In this document: one piece after another, positions 37,754 through 47,720 of the stretch
Numbering within the stretch: the stretch's first letter is position 1
Layout: the number at the start of each line of letters is the position of its first letter
Virus record (IMG/VR): IMGVR_UViG_3300026549_000056
Span: 35,930-99,929 of that record
From: a virus
Lineage: Duplodnaviria; Caudoviricetes
Reading direction: 5' to 3' (one strand)
DNA: 64,000 bases
Translations under genes and position numbers: made by a program
The notes under the pieces: generated by a model
The model's input: only the letters and a program-made list of their open reading frames with translations
What the model was told of the DNA's origin: nothing
Database searches by the model: none

Positions 37754-39004
37754 ATGCAATTTTTTTATGATACCTGTTCTCTATTGAGCAAGGGCAAAGA
37801 AGTTTTTGATACAGATAAAACTTTTTACATTAGTAGCATTACTCTAAAAGAGTTAGAGAACATTAAGACTTCAAGCACCAAGGATGCGGAAACTAAGTAT
37901 AAAGCTAGAAAGCTTGTAAATCTCCTTGATGAACATGAAGATCAATATCAAGTTATATTCTATGATAAAACTTGGGATCAAGCTATTGACAATGATCCAT
38001 TTTTACCAAATAATGATGATAGCCGTATTATCATTTCTGCACTTCATGGCCCAGCAGATTCAATAATCTTTATTACTCAAGATTCATTATGCAAACATTT
38101 TGCTAAAATGAAAGGATTAAATGTTACATATCTTTCAGAAACAGATGCAGATGACTATAAGGGATATAAAATTATTAAGATAGAGTCTGATGATGAAATG
38201 GCCAAGTTGTATGATACTATTTTTAATCTTCGAGAGGTTCCCATCCCTTTAAAGTGTAATGAATATCTTATCATCAAAGATAAGGATGATTCAATTATTG
38301 ACAAGTATGTCTATAGAAATGGTGTACTTCAACAATTAAAAAGTTTTCCTTGCTTTCAAAGTAAAATGTTCGGCAAAGTAAAACCAAAAGATAGCTATCA
38401 GTGGTTAGCAATGGAAAGCCTTAATCATAATAAAATTACCATGTTAAGAGGCGCGGCGGGGACAGGAAAATCATACTTAGCTGTATCATATCTAATTCAA
38501 CAGCTTGAAAATGGCGAAATTGATCGTATCATCATTTTCTGTAATACTGTTGCAACAAATGGAGCCGCTCGATTAGGATATTATCCTGGGTCAAAAGATG
38601 AAAAGCTCTTAGACTCACAAATCGGTAATTTCCTAGTAAGTAAATTGGGCGGAGATAAAGAATATGTAATCAATAATTACATTGATACTGGAAAAATTGT
38701 CTTATTGCCTTTTTCTGATATCCGTGGATATGATACTACAGGAATGCATGCAGGTATTTATATTACCGAAGCTCAGAATCTTGATATTGAATTACTAAGA
38801 CTTGCCCTTCAAAGAATTGGAGAAGATTCTATTTGTATCCTTGATGGCGATAGTGATGCTCAAGTTGATCTTGGTATTTATGCAGGTAATAATAATGGTA
38901 TGAGAAGAGCCTCTAAAGTGTATCGTGGCGAAGATCTATATGGAGAAGTTACTCTCCCGATTATTCATAGAAGTAGAATCGCTCAGATTGCACAAAGGAT
39001 GTGA
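37754..39004 (+). CDS. phoH: PIN-PhoH family protein (416 aa)
   Basis: N-terminal PIN domain (YDTCSLL, ELE, NDDSRII, TQD); Walker A GAAGTGKS; RGYD, EAQN and GD..Q.D motifs. Confidence 0.9.
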   Translation: MQFFYDTCSLLSKGKEVFDTDKTFYISSITLKELENIKTSSTKDAETKYKARKLVNLLDEHEDQYQVIFYDKTWDQAIDNDPFLPNNDDSRIIISALHGPADSIIFITQDSLCKHFAKMKGLNVTYLSETDADDYKGYKIIKIESDDEMAKLYDTIFNLREVPIPLKCNEYLIIKDKDDSIIDKYVYRNGVLQQLKSFPCFQSKMFGKVKPKDSYQWLAMESLNHNKITMLRGAAGTGKSYLAVSYLIQQLENGEIDRIIIFCNTVATNGAARLGYYPGSKDEKLLDSQIGNFLVSKLGGDKEYVINNYIDTGKIVLLPFSDIRGYDTTGMHAGIYITEAQNLDIELLRLALQRIGEDSICILDGDSDAQVDLGIYAGNNNGMRRASKVYRGEDLYGEVTLPIIHRSRIAQIAQRM

Positions 39005-39008
39005 AAAA

Positions 39009-39491
39009 ATGCAATTCTTAAAGCATAATAAATCATTCTATCTAAAACGTTCTTGGGATATTTCAAAACAAGAGAAAAACTGGTAGATAGAAAAAAAGAA
39101 TATCCAAAGATAGAATGATCTAAAAAATTAGTATAATGAATTAAAGAATAAAAATCCGTTCAAAATAACCACAGGGAAATTAGCCCTGTGGTTACTTTTT
39201 GCTATAGCTATAATTGTTTTGTTATTTATTGGATGGGTTACAGTTGCAGAATTTTCATTGGCAGCTATGATTGGCCAAATGCCAAGTCTAAGTCCATTAA
39301 CAGCTATGGCAGGGACAGTGTTTTCTGTTACTCTCGGTACAATGGGATATTTTGCTAAATCTGCAAAAGAAAATTCAAAAGGTGGTATAACTTACGAGGC
39401 GGCCGCCGCAAAAGACTTCGTTGAAGACCCACAAACATATCAAGGTACTGATGCCGAATAGGCAGATAGCGTAGATGATATAGTAGGATAA
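39009..39491 (+). CDS. Holin-like two-TM membrane protein (160 aa, 4 TAG)
   Basis: Extends ORF 39219-39461 in both directions through TAG; YFAKSAKENSKGGITYE; directly upstream of the holin and endolysin. Confidence 0.7.
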
Positions 39492-39506
39492 AAGGAGGAT
39501 GCTCAT

Positions 39507-39854
39507 ATGAGTGCAACAACTATTTTAATTATTAGTATTCTTGCTTTTGTTGCAGGAATTTTAGTTGGATACTTTGGAAATGGCTTTTTTAAAAGCTCTA
39601 AAAATGATCAAATCACGACCATCAAGCATGTGTTGCTTTATCTTGTGGCACAAGCTGAAAAAGAACTTAGCAATGGCACAGGAGACTTAAAACTCGCAAA
39701 AGTTTATAATGAATTTGTTGCTGAGTATCCAGATTTAGCCAAAGTAATTACATATGAACAATTTAAAGTAATCGTAGATGATGTACTTGACAATTTTAAA
39801 AATTTATTAAATAATAATGATATAGCAAGTTACATTAAAGGAGATGAAAAATAA
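39507..39854 (+). CDS. Holin (LL-H-like, 115 aa)
   Basis: N-terminal TM and QAEKELSNGTGDLKL; abuts the endolysin. Confidence 0.75.
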   Translation: MSATTILIISILAFVAGILVGYFGNGFFKSSKNDQITTIKHVLLYLVAQAEKELSNGTGDLKLAKVYNEFVAEYPDLAKVITYEQFKVIVDDVLDNFKNLLNNNDIASYIKGDEK

Positions 39855-40936
39855 TGGACTTTAGTCAATATTATGGAAAAATCTCTAATAGTGGTCATGA
39901 CTAGAATGGAAGATATAAAGGCGGTAAAGCAGGAGACCAGACCGGAACTGAATGGCAAATCATTTCTTGGTACAGAAGACCATGGAATGTTGTTATTAGA
40001 CTGAAAAACCGTGCGGCCGCAGATCTGTTAGCATAGCTTGCTATTGAAGCTGCAAATAATAATAATATTGGTTACGATCAGAATCAAAGAACAACTTATT
40101 GGACTCAACTCGTAGCCAGCGGATACAGACCTTCAAAAATTAAAACTCCCTGCGAAGCAGATTGTAGCGAAGGAGTAATTGATAATACTAAAGCTGTAGG
40201 TTACTTACTATCTATCCCTGCATTACAAAATTTAAAAGCAACTTATACAGGCAATATGGTAGATGGCTATAAAGCAACAGGTGTGTGTGAAATTTTAACT
40301 GATCCTAAGTATTTAAATTCTTATGATTATTTAAAGCCAGGCGACATTCTTCTTAATACTGCTCATCATACAGCAACAAATTTAGGTATTGGTAAACTTT
40401 CTGGATATGCGGCGGCTGCCCTGATAACGCCTCAGACCTCGAACGCCGCACCTTCTAAAGAAACTAAATGGCAAGGTAAAGTTACAGCAAGTAAATTGTC
40501 TGTTCGCTCTTGGGCCGGAGAGGAAAATCCGACTCTTTCATTCAGTCCGCTAAAGAAGGACACAGTTGTCTATGTGTGTGATACCATAAAAGCTTCAGAT
40601 GGATCTGCTTGGTATTATATTAAGTATGGAGCTAAATATGGTTTTGTTTCTGCTAAGTATATTGACAGAATTACAACTGCAACTCAAACTAAGACAACAG
40701 TATCTAAGACTCCATTATGGGTTGGATAGGTTACAAATTGTAATTCTCTTGCAGTACGAACTTGGGCAGGAAAAGAGAATCCACAACTTAAATCTGTTCC
40801 TGCTATTTTTAAAGGCGGAAGAATTTGGGTTTGTGATACAATAAAAGACTCAGAAGACTCTGAGTGGTATTATATCTTAATTAATAATTCTGTATATGGT
40901 TTTGTAAAAGCTAAATTTATTAAAAAAGTTGGTTAA
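39854..40936 (+). CDS. Endolysin: Cys/His (NlpC/P60-CHAP-like) domain plus two SH3b repeats (360 aa, 3 TAG)
   Basis: SGHD*NG..AGDQTG.EW, IGYDQ, EADCS and GDILLN..HHT motifs; two L.VR.WAG.ENP..WYYI..YGFV repeats. TAG at 39902, 40034 and 40727. Confidence 0.9.
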
Positions 40937-40941
40937 TTTGC

Positions 40942-40978
40942 ATAGGGGAAGTTATGATAAATACTTCCCCTATTTTTT
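40942..40978 (+). terminator. Intrinsic terminator after the lysis cassette
   Basis: ataggggaagt..acttcccctat followed by a T-tract. Confidence 0.75.
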
Positions 40979-40996
40979 GCGTTTAAAGGAGATTAC

Positions 40997-41479
40997 ATGC
41001 TACATATTTATACAGATGGCTCTTGCAAAGGAAATCCAGGGAGCGGAGGCTGGTCAGCAATTATAATGAATCAACAAGAGGACAAAATCATTGATGTTTT
41101 AAGTGGAACAGAATAGAATACTACTAATAATAGGATGGAACTGACTGCAATTATTAAAGCTATTGAATATGTCAATAGACAGCCTGAATTAGCTACCATA
41201 TATACAGATTCAGCTTACGCCGAGCGTTCAATTAATGAATGGATGAATAGATGGTATTTTAATGGGTGGTATAATTCTAAGAAAAAGCTTGTTGAAAATG
41301 TAGATTTAATGAAGATTCTTCATGACTACTATGCAAAGGAATTCGTGAGATTCGAAGTAAAAAAAACTAGTGGTCACTGTGGTGTTCTTGGTAACGAATT
41401 GGCGGATGCTAAAGCTACTGGTGATCAAGCAAAATTTAAAAAGATTTTTAAAAGGCTTGAAGAGAGGTTCGCATCTTAA
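40997..41479 (+). CDS. rnhA: Ribonuclease HI (160 aa, 1 TAG)
   Basis: [41 protein letters not shown]. The catalytic N-terminal Asp is upstream of the TAG at 41114, so read-through is required. Confidence 0.92.
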
Positions 41480-41485
41480 AAAATT

Positions 41486-41514
41486 TTGACAATTATAAAA
41501 AAATAGACTATAAT
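41486..41514 (+). promoter_or_regulatory. Consensus sigma-A promoter upstream of the topoisomerase genes
   Basis: TTGACA-17 nt-TATAAT. Confidence 0.8.
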
Positions 41515-41544
41515 ATGAATATAAAAATGAAAGGATGAATTATT

Positions 41545-43446
41545 ATGGCGAATAAACTATATACAGAAGATTCTATTCAAAGTCTTTCACCTCTTGAATT
41601 TACACGATTAAGACCAGGAGTTTATTGTGGTTCTACCGAATATTCAACCCAGCTTTTAGTAGAAATTATTTCTAATGCCATTGATGAATTTAAAGCTGGA
41701 CATGGAAATTTAATTGAAGTAAAAATTGATACAAAAGAAAATTCATATGCGGTAAGAGATTATGCTCAAGGGTTTTTAGTTAATTCAATTCGTGAAGATG
41801 GTAAAACAATTCTTCAGGCTTCTTTTGATACATTAAATACTTCTGGAAAATTTTCAGATGATGGAGTATATGAAGGAACTGCTCTTGGTCTTAATGGAAT
41901 TGGTTCTAAACTTACAAATTTTCTTTCACATAAGATGGAAGTTGAAACTTGGAGAGATGGACAAACTGAAAGTATCTTTTTTAATGAAGGAATTTTTGTT
42001 AATAGATCCGTAGGGAAATCAAAAGAACCAAATGGAACTTATGTAAGATGGCAACCTTCAGAAGAATTCTTTACCCATCCAGAGGTTGATATAAATAAAG
42101 TAAAAGAATTATTTCATATTCTTACTTGCTTGTGTGTAGGACTGACTATTGAATTAACAATAGATGATAAAAAAGAAATTTTTACATCTAAACATGGATT
42201 AAATGATTTAGTAGATGATGCAGTTGGAGATTCTGAAATTATCAACTCTCGTATGAATATGAATTTTGATGCAGGAAGAAATAAACTTGATATGGTTGTA
42301 ACCTATACATCAAAATATTCATTAAATATGATTTCATATGTTAACACAGGTGATACAGATGCGGGACCGCATATTACTCAAATTAAAACCATTTTAACCA
42401 GAGAATTTAATAAATTTTTTAAAGAAAAGAAATGGTTAAAAGAAAAAGATGAAAATTTAAGTGGTGATGATATTCAGGAAGGAATGTTTATTGCTTTTAA
42501 TTTAACCGCACCTGGAGTTTCATATGATGCGCAAACAAAATCGCGTATTGTAAAAATTGATATGTCACCTTTTACAGCTTCTATTGTAAATGCATTACAT
42601 GATTGGTTTAATAAAAATGAAAAAGATATTAAAATAATTTTTGAAAAGGCGGCTGCCGCTCGTAAGGCACGAGATGCTGCAAAGAAAGCAAGAGACAAAG
42701 CAAGAGAACAGAATAAAAAGAAACAAAAGGCTCTTAAATTTGATAGTAAACTTGCGGATTGTTGGTCTAAAGACCGTATGAAATGTGAGATATATGTGAC
42801 GGAAGGTGATTCGGCCTCAGGCAATTTAAAACTGGCTCGTGATAATGAATTTGTTGCGGTTATGCCTGTTCGCGGTAAAATTCTTAATGTAAGAAAAGCA
42901 ACACTTGATAAGATTCAAAAAAATGCAGAAATTATGACGATGATTGATGCTTTTGGTCTTACAGTTGATATGAAAACAATGAAGCTGACTTATAATAAAG
43001 AAGACCTTCGTTATGGAAAAATCATAATCGAGTCCGATGCTGACACGGACGGAGCCCATATTAAGAATCTATTCTATACCTTTATATGGACTTTTTGTCC
43101 AGAACTTATTCTTGATGGATATGTTTATGCAGGAGTTCCCCCTCTTTACAAAATTACAGAAGGTAAGGATACTTATATTTATTTAAAAAATGATACAGAA
43201 CTTGAGAAATATAGAGCCAGTCATAAGGGAAGAAAGTATCTCGTTAATAGACTAAAAGGGTTAGGAGAGATGTCACCGGATGAGACCTCAATTCTTGTAG
43301 ATCCTGACCAGCGTATTATTAGACAGGTAACTGTGGAAGATATTGCAGCGGCTAATAAATTATTTGATGATTTAATGGGTACACAAATTATTCCTAGAAA
43401 AAGGTTTATTCAGCAGCATAGTGCAGAGGCCACTTATGGAAACTAA
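41545..43446 (+). CDS. gyrB: Type IIA topoisomerase subunit B (GyrB/ParE-like)
   Basis: EIISNAIDE, GLNGIG, EGDSA, PVRGKILN, DADTDG and KGLGEM motifs. Confidence 0.92.
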   Translation: MANKLYTEDSIQSLSPLEFTRLRPGVYCGSTEYSTQLLVEIISNAIDEFKAGHGNLIEVKIDTKENSYAVRDYAQGFLVNSIREDGKTILQASFDTLNTSGKFSDDGVYEGTALGLNGIGSKLTNFLSHKMEVETWRDGQTESIFFNEGIFVNRSVGKSKEPNGTYVRWQPSEEFFTHPEVDINKVKELFHILTCLCVGLTIELTIDDKKEIFTSKHGLNDLVDDAVGDSEIINSRMNMNFDAGRNKLDMVVTYTSKYSLNMISYVNTGDTDAGPHITQIKTILTREFNKFFKEKKWLKEKDENLSGDDIQEGMFIAFNLTAPGVSYDAQTKSRIVKIDMSPFTASIVNALHDWFNKNEKDIKIIFEKAAAARKARDAAKKARDKAREQNKKKQKALKFDSKLADCWSKDRMKCEIYVTEGDSASGNLKLARDNEFVAVMPVRGKILNVRKATLDKIQKNAEIMTMIDAFGLTVDMKTMKLTYNKEDLRYGKIIIESDADTDGAHIKNLFYTFIWTFCPELILDGYVYAGVPPLYKITEGKDTYIYLKNDTELEKYRASHKGRKYLVNRLKGLGEMSPDETSILVDPDQRIIRQVTVEDIAAANKLFDDLMGTQIIPRKRFIQQHSAEATYGN

Positions 43447-43819
43447 TGTATTAAATGAAATATATGATGCTTATAAAATAAAATTAGAAGAAGCCACTTC
43501 AATATGGAAAAGTGAATGTTGTTGTATATCAGAGGATGAAGATAGAGATAAAGAAGATAAGGAAGAATTAAAATATTTTGAATCATTGCTTCAAAAAATA
43601 GACAATAACATCTCTAATAAAGAAGAAAAAATTATAAAAATTTTAACTGATGAATTATGTTATTGCTATTGTGATAATTGTGAATTTGGAGATTGGGATA
43701 AGTATCAAGATAGAAAATGTGATGGATGTTATAGAAAATATCAAAATTGGCGATTATCTGAAGATACAGCAAAATCAATAGCAAAACAAATTATTTGGGA
43801 GATAAAAAATGCAAAATGA
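43436..43819 (+). CDS. Cys-rich hypothetical protein inserted between the topoisomerase subunits
   Basis: Open frame; the likely ATG at 43436 overlaps the gyrB end; CYCYCDNC and CDGC. Confidence 0.6.
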   Translation: METNVLNEIYDAYKIKLEEATSIWKSECCCISEDEDRDKEDKEELKYFESLLQKIDNNISNKEEKIIKILTDELCYCYCDNCEFGDWDKYQDRKCDGCYRKYQNWRLSEDTAKSIAKQIIWEIKNAK

Positions 43820-44066
43820 TTTAATATGTCCAAATTGTAATTCTGCACTTTATTGGGGTCTTGATGAATGGGGTAGAACTCCATGGCATTTACATTGCCC
43901 TAAATGTAATATTAATATTGGTGTAAATAAACGAAATAAAGCTATTGAATTAATTCAAAAATATCATCAGCCAGATACTTATATTGAATATTATAATAAT
44001 GAGATTCAAATATTATTTGAAAATAATAAACGAATAATCTATAAGGAGATAAAGAATGCAGAGTGA
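43809..44066 (+). CDS. Zn-ribbon hypothetical protein (85 aa)
   Basis: CPNC and CPKC pairs; GGAG RBS. Confidence 0.65.
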   Translation: MQNDLICPNCNSALYWGLDEWGRTPWHLHCPKCNINIGVNKRNKAIELIQKYHQPDTYIEYYNNEIQILFENNKRIIYKEIKNAE

Positions 44067-46401
44067 TTTAATAAAAGAATTAAGTACAAATTTCATTGAA
44101 TATGCCGCCTCTGTTAATTCAGATAGAGCCATACCCAATGCAACTGACGGTCTTAAACCAGTTGCTAAAAGAATTTTATATGGAGCTTTTACAGGAGGAA
44201 GAACTAGTAATAAACCTCATGTAAAATGTGCAAAGATTGTCGGAGATGTGATGGGTTCTTATCATCCTCATGGAGATTCATCTATTTATGGCGCGTTAGT
44301 TCGTCTTGCACAAGATTGGGTAATGCGCTATCCGCTTATTGATTTTCATGGTAATGTTGGCAATCAAGCGGGTGATGGCCCCGCCGCACCTCGTTATACA
44401 GAAGCAAGACTATCTAAATTAACAGAAGAAGGAATGCTTCAAGGTTTAAAGAAAAATAATGTTGATTTCATTCCTAATTATGATGAAACGACAGAAGAAC
44501 CTGTTGAACTACCAAGCATTTTTCCTAATTTACTTTGTAATCCTAATAGTGGAATTGGTGTAGCTATGGCTTGCTCTTGGGCACCACATAATCTTGGTGA
44601 AGTTGCGGCAGCTATTAATCAATATCTTGCTGGAGAAGAACCAATGCTTCCTGGTCCTGATTTTCCAACAGGCGGAATTATTATTAACTCTAAAGACATT
44701 CCCGCAATTATGAAAACAGGTCATGGTAGTGTTAAAATTCGTAGCAAATATGAAATTGATAAACAAAAAATTATATTTACTGAAATTCCATATGGAACTA
44801 CTATTGAAGGATTAATGACAGAGATTGGTGAAATTTCTGATAAAAAAGAAATTGAAGGAATTAATAATATTCGTGATGAATCTAATAAAAAAGGTGTTAG
44901 AATTGTTATTGAATGTGACAAAGGAATCCACCCCGCAAGTATTGTAAATAAACTTTTTGCAAAAACAAATTTACAAAGTTCATTCAGCTACAATCAAGTT
45001 GCTCTTGTCGATAAAGTACCAACTGAATTAAATCTTAAAGATTGTATTAAAATCTATGTTGACCACAACATTGATTGCATAACAAGAGAAACTAAATTTG
45101 ATTTAGATAAAGCTATTGATAGACTTGAAATTGTTAATGGTTTGCTGCGGGCACTTGAAGATATTGATAACATTATAGCGCTGATTAAAGGCTCTGAAAA
45201 TGCTGCCGCCGCAAAAGAAAACTTAATTAAGAAATATCAATTCACAGAAAATCAAGCTAAAGCAATTTTAGCTATGAGACTTTCTTCTCTTGCAAAACTT
45301 GAAAAAGTTGAACTTGAACAGGAAGCTAAAGAACTTGAGAATAAAATCCAAGATTTAAAAGATATTCTTGCGAATGAAAATCGTCAAAAGGATATTCTTA
45401 AATCTCGTTTGGCAGATTTAGTAAAGAAATATGGGGATGCCCGTAGAACAGAGTTAACTCATATTGAAGTAAAACCAGAAGATAAAATTATTGAAGAAGT
45501 TATTCCAGAAGATTGTGTTGTAATTCTTTCTCAAACTGGAGATATTAAACGTGTACCTAAAAATAGCTTTAAAGTACAACGAAAAAATGGAAAAGGAGTT
45601 AAAACTATTGACGAAGCTGTTTTTGAAACCATTTCTACTAATACTATTGATACTTTAATGGTTTTTACAAATAAGGGAAAAATGTATCGTCTGGTAGTCG
45701 ATAAAATTCCAGTTGGAGCAAATTCTTCAAAAGGTCAGCTTCTTAGTACATTAATTAATATGGATGCGGATGAGCACGTTGCCGCAGTAACCTCTCTGCA
45801 TAGACAAACTAACGCAGAATATGTATTATTTTTTACAAAACAAGGATTAGTAAAGAAAACTAAGTTAGAAGAATATATAAATACAAAGAAGGCCACCGGT
45901 ATTCAGGCTATTAAAATTAAAGATGGCGATGAAATTGCTAATGTTACTTTTGTTAAAGATGAAGAGTTACTCGTTGTAACTAAACATGGCTACGCAATTC
46001 ATTTTACTTCTTCAGATATCACCCCTATTGGGAGGGTCGCCGCAGGAGTAAAATCTATTAAGCTTGAACTCGAAGACGAAGTAATCGTTGGTCTGCCTAT
46101 TAATCCAAATACACATAAAGATTTAGCTATTTTTAGCAAAAATGGTTTGAGCAAAAAGACTTCTATTTCAGAGTATCCTGTCCAAGGAAGATCTGGACGA
46201 GGAATTCTTACTTACAAGCCAAATGCTCAAACTGGAGAAGTAGTAGCAGCTGTTCTTGTAAATGATAATAATAATCTTCTGCTATCTGGTACTCCTAGTT
46301 CAATCTGTATTTCAGCTTCAGATATCCCAGAGTTAAGTAGGGTTGGAGCTGGAAACATTATGATTAAAAATAGTAAGATTAATAAGGTGGTGAAGTTATA
46401 A
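44056..46401 (+). CDS. gyrA: Type IIA topoisomerase subunit A (GyrA/ParC-like)
   Basis: DGLKPVAKRILY, YHPHGDSSIY, catalytic AAPRYTEARL, C-terminal pinwheel repeats with QRKNGKG. Confidence 0.92.
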   Translation: MQSDLIKELSTNFIEYAASVNSDRAIPNATDGLKPVAKRILYGAFTGGRTSNKPHVKCAKIVGDVMGSYHPHGDSSIYGALVRLAQDWVMRYPLIDFHGNVGNQAGDGPAAPRYTEARLSKLTEEGMLQGLKKNNVDFIPNYDETTEEPVELPSIFPNLLCNPNSGIGVAMACSWAPHNLGEVAAAINQYLAGEEPMLPGPDFPTGGIIINSKDIPAIMKTGHGSVKIRSKYEIDKQKIIFTEIPYGTTIEGLMTEIGEISDKKEIEGINNIRDESNKKGVRIVIECDKGIHPASIVNKLFAKTNLQSSFSYNQVALVDKVPTELNLKDCIKIYVDHNIDCITRETKFDLDKAIDRLEIVNGLLRALEDIDNIIALIKGSENAAAAKENLIKKYQFTENQAKAILAMRLSSLAKLEKVELEQEAKELENKIQDLKDILANENRQKDILKSRLADLVKKYGDARRTELTHIEVKPEDKIIEEVIPEDCVVILSQTGDIKRVPKNSFKVQRKNGKGVKTIDEAVFETISTNTIDTLMVFTNKGKMYRLVVDKIPVGANSSKGQLLSTLINMDADEHVAAVTSLHRQTNAEYVLFFTKQGLVKKTKLEEYINTKKATGIQAIKIKDGDEIANVTFVKDEELLVVTKHGYAIHFTSSDITPIGRVAAGVKSIKLELEDEVIVGLPINPNTHKDLAIFSKNGLSKKTSISEYPVQGRSGRGILTYKPNAQTGEVVAAVLVNDNNNLLLSGTPSSICISASDIPELSRVGAGNIMIKNSKINKVVKL

Positions 46402-46500
46402 CTTCACCACTTGTTTTTTTTGCTATTTTTTTATATAATATAATATATGAAAGATAAAAATAATGTAGTAAGTACAAGATATGACCCTATATAGTAAAGT

Positions 46501-46704
46501 TGGTTTTGTTTATGCTCAAACGGTTCAGTATATATTATTAAATTTAATGGAACTGATGAAGAAATTGCTCAATTCATAACCACAGGATATTTAGAGCTTA
46601 ATGCAATTTGTAAGTGTAATGCAAATCAATGGAATAATAATGTTTATCCACAGCTTATAATGTAGGATTATGAAATTGTAGATTCATCTAAGTATTTCTT
46701 TTAA
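46501..46704 (+). pseudogene. 3' remnant of a second RecJ-like gene
   Basis: KCNANQWNNNVYPQLIM*DYEIVDSSKYFF matches the end of 58215-59978 (KCNANEWNGFITPQIFISDYEIIDSNKYFF). In-frame TAA upstream at 46495. Confidence 0.75.
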
Positions 46705-46970
46705 CTGAGTGACGCGCGGGCGACCATCCACAGGGATAAAAAATGCGTTTGGATTTTTTCAATCGCATTTTTCTTTTTTGATTTTTTTCTTATTTTTTGT
46801 TATAATATATATATAAATAAAAGAAAGGTTATTTTTATAATATGGAAAGTAAAGAAAAATATCTTGTATTGTTATTAATTACAATAATATTACCAATGAT
46901 AATTACAATTATATATTACGATATAGTTCTTTAAATTTATTATAATATAAAAAATAATAGGGGTGTTATA

Positions 46971-47213
46971 ATGAAAATAGATATGTCAGATGGAAGTTTA
47001 AGAATTGATACAATAGATGAAAAGAAATTAAAAGGTTATCAGTATGACTCTTTAGTATACAGATATATTCGAGCTAGAGAGCAAATGGCTGAATATGAGT
47101 TTTATAAAAATTCAATCAAAGATCATGATAAGCAGTATTATTACGAACAGGCTAAAAGAGACATTTTAAGATTTTGTCAAATTTTAGACGAAGTGATTGG
47201 AGAGCATGAATAA
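46971..47213 (+). CDS. Hypothetical protein (80 aa)
   Basis: ORF with RBS, coupled to the next gene. Confidence 0.6.
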   Translation: MKIDMSDGSLRIDTIDEKKLKGYQYDSLVYRYIRAREQMAEYEFYKNSIKDHDKQYYYEQAKRDILRFCQILDEVIGEHE

Positions 47214-47695
47214 TGATATTAACTAAAAGACAAGAGGAAGGATTAAAAACAGCTGTTGCGCGACATCGGGTTGGAGAAAAATATACAGTGATTGCTGGCT
47301 ACGCTGGAACTGGTAAAAGTACACTTGTAAGATATATTATTGATGCTCTTAATGTTGAAGAAGATAGGGTATGTCATTGTGCTTTTACAGGTAAAGCTGC
47401 CGAGGTATTAAAGAAAAAAGGAAATAAAAATGTAGCAACTCTTCATCGACTATTATATGAACATATACCACGGCCGGCGGGTGGTTTCTTTAGAAAACCA
47501 AAACCATTTATTGATTATGATGTGGTTGTAGTTGATGAGGTTTCTATGGCTCCTAAATCTTTAATGGAATTATTATTTAAACATCAAGTATATGTTATTT
47601 GTTTGGGAGACCCATTTCAGTTGCCACCCATTGATAGCAGATTTTTTAGATTCATTAGGAATATCTTCTTAATAGTTCGGCACGCAGGTTTTTAA
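47213..47695 (+). pseudogene. Truncated RecD/Dda-like SF1 helicase (N-terminal part only)
   Basis: GYAGTGKS, AFTGKAA, DEVSM and LGDPFQLPP, then an unrelated tail. Paralog of the intact 60201-61379. Confidence 0.75.
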
Positions 47696-47720
47696 TGGCG
47701 AAGACGGAGAGAACATAAAA

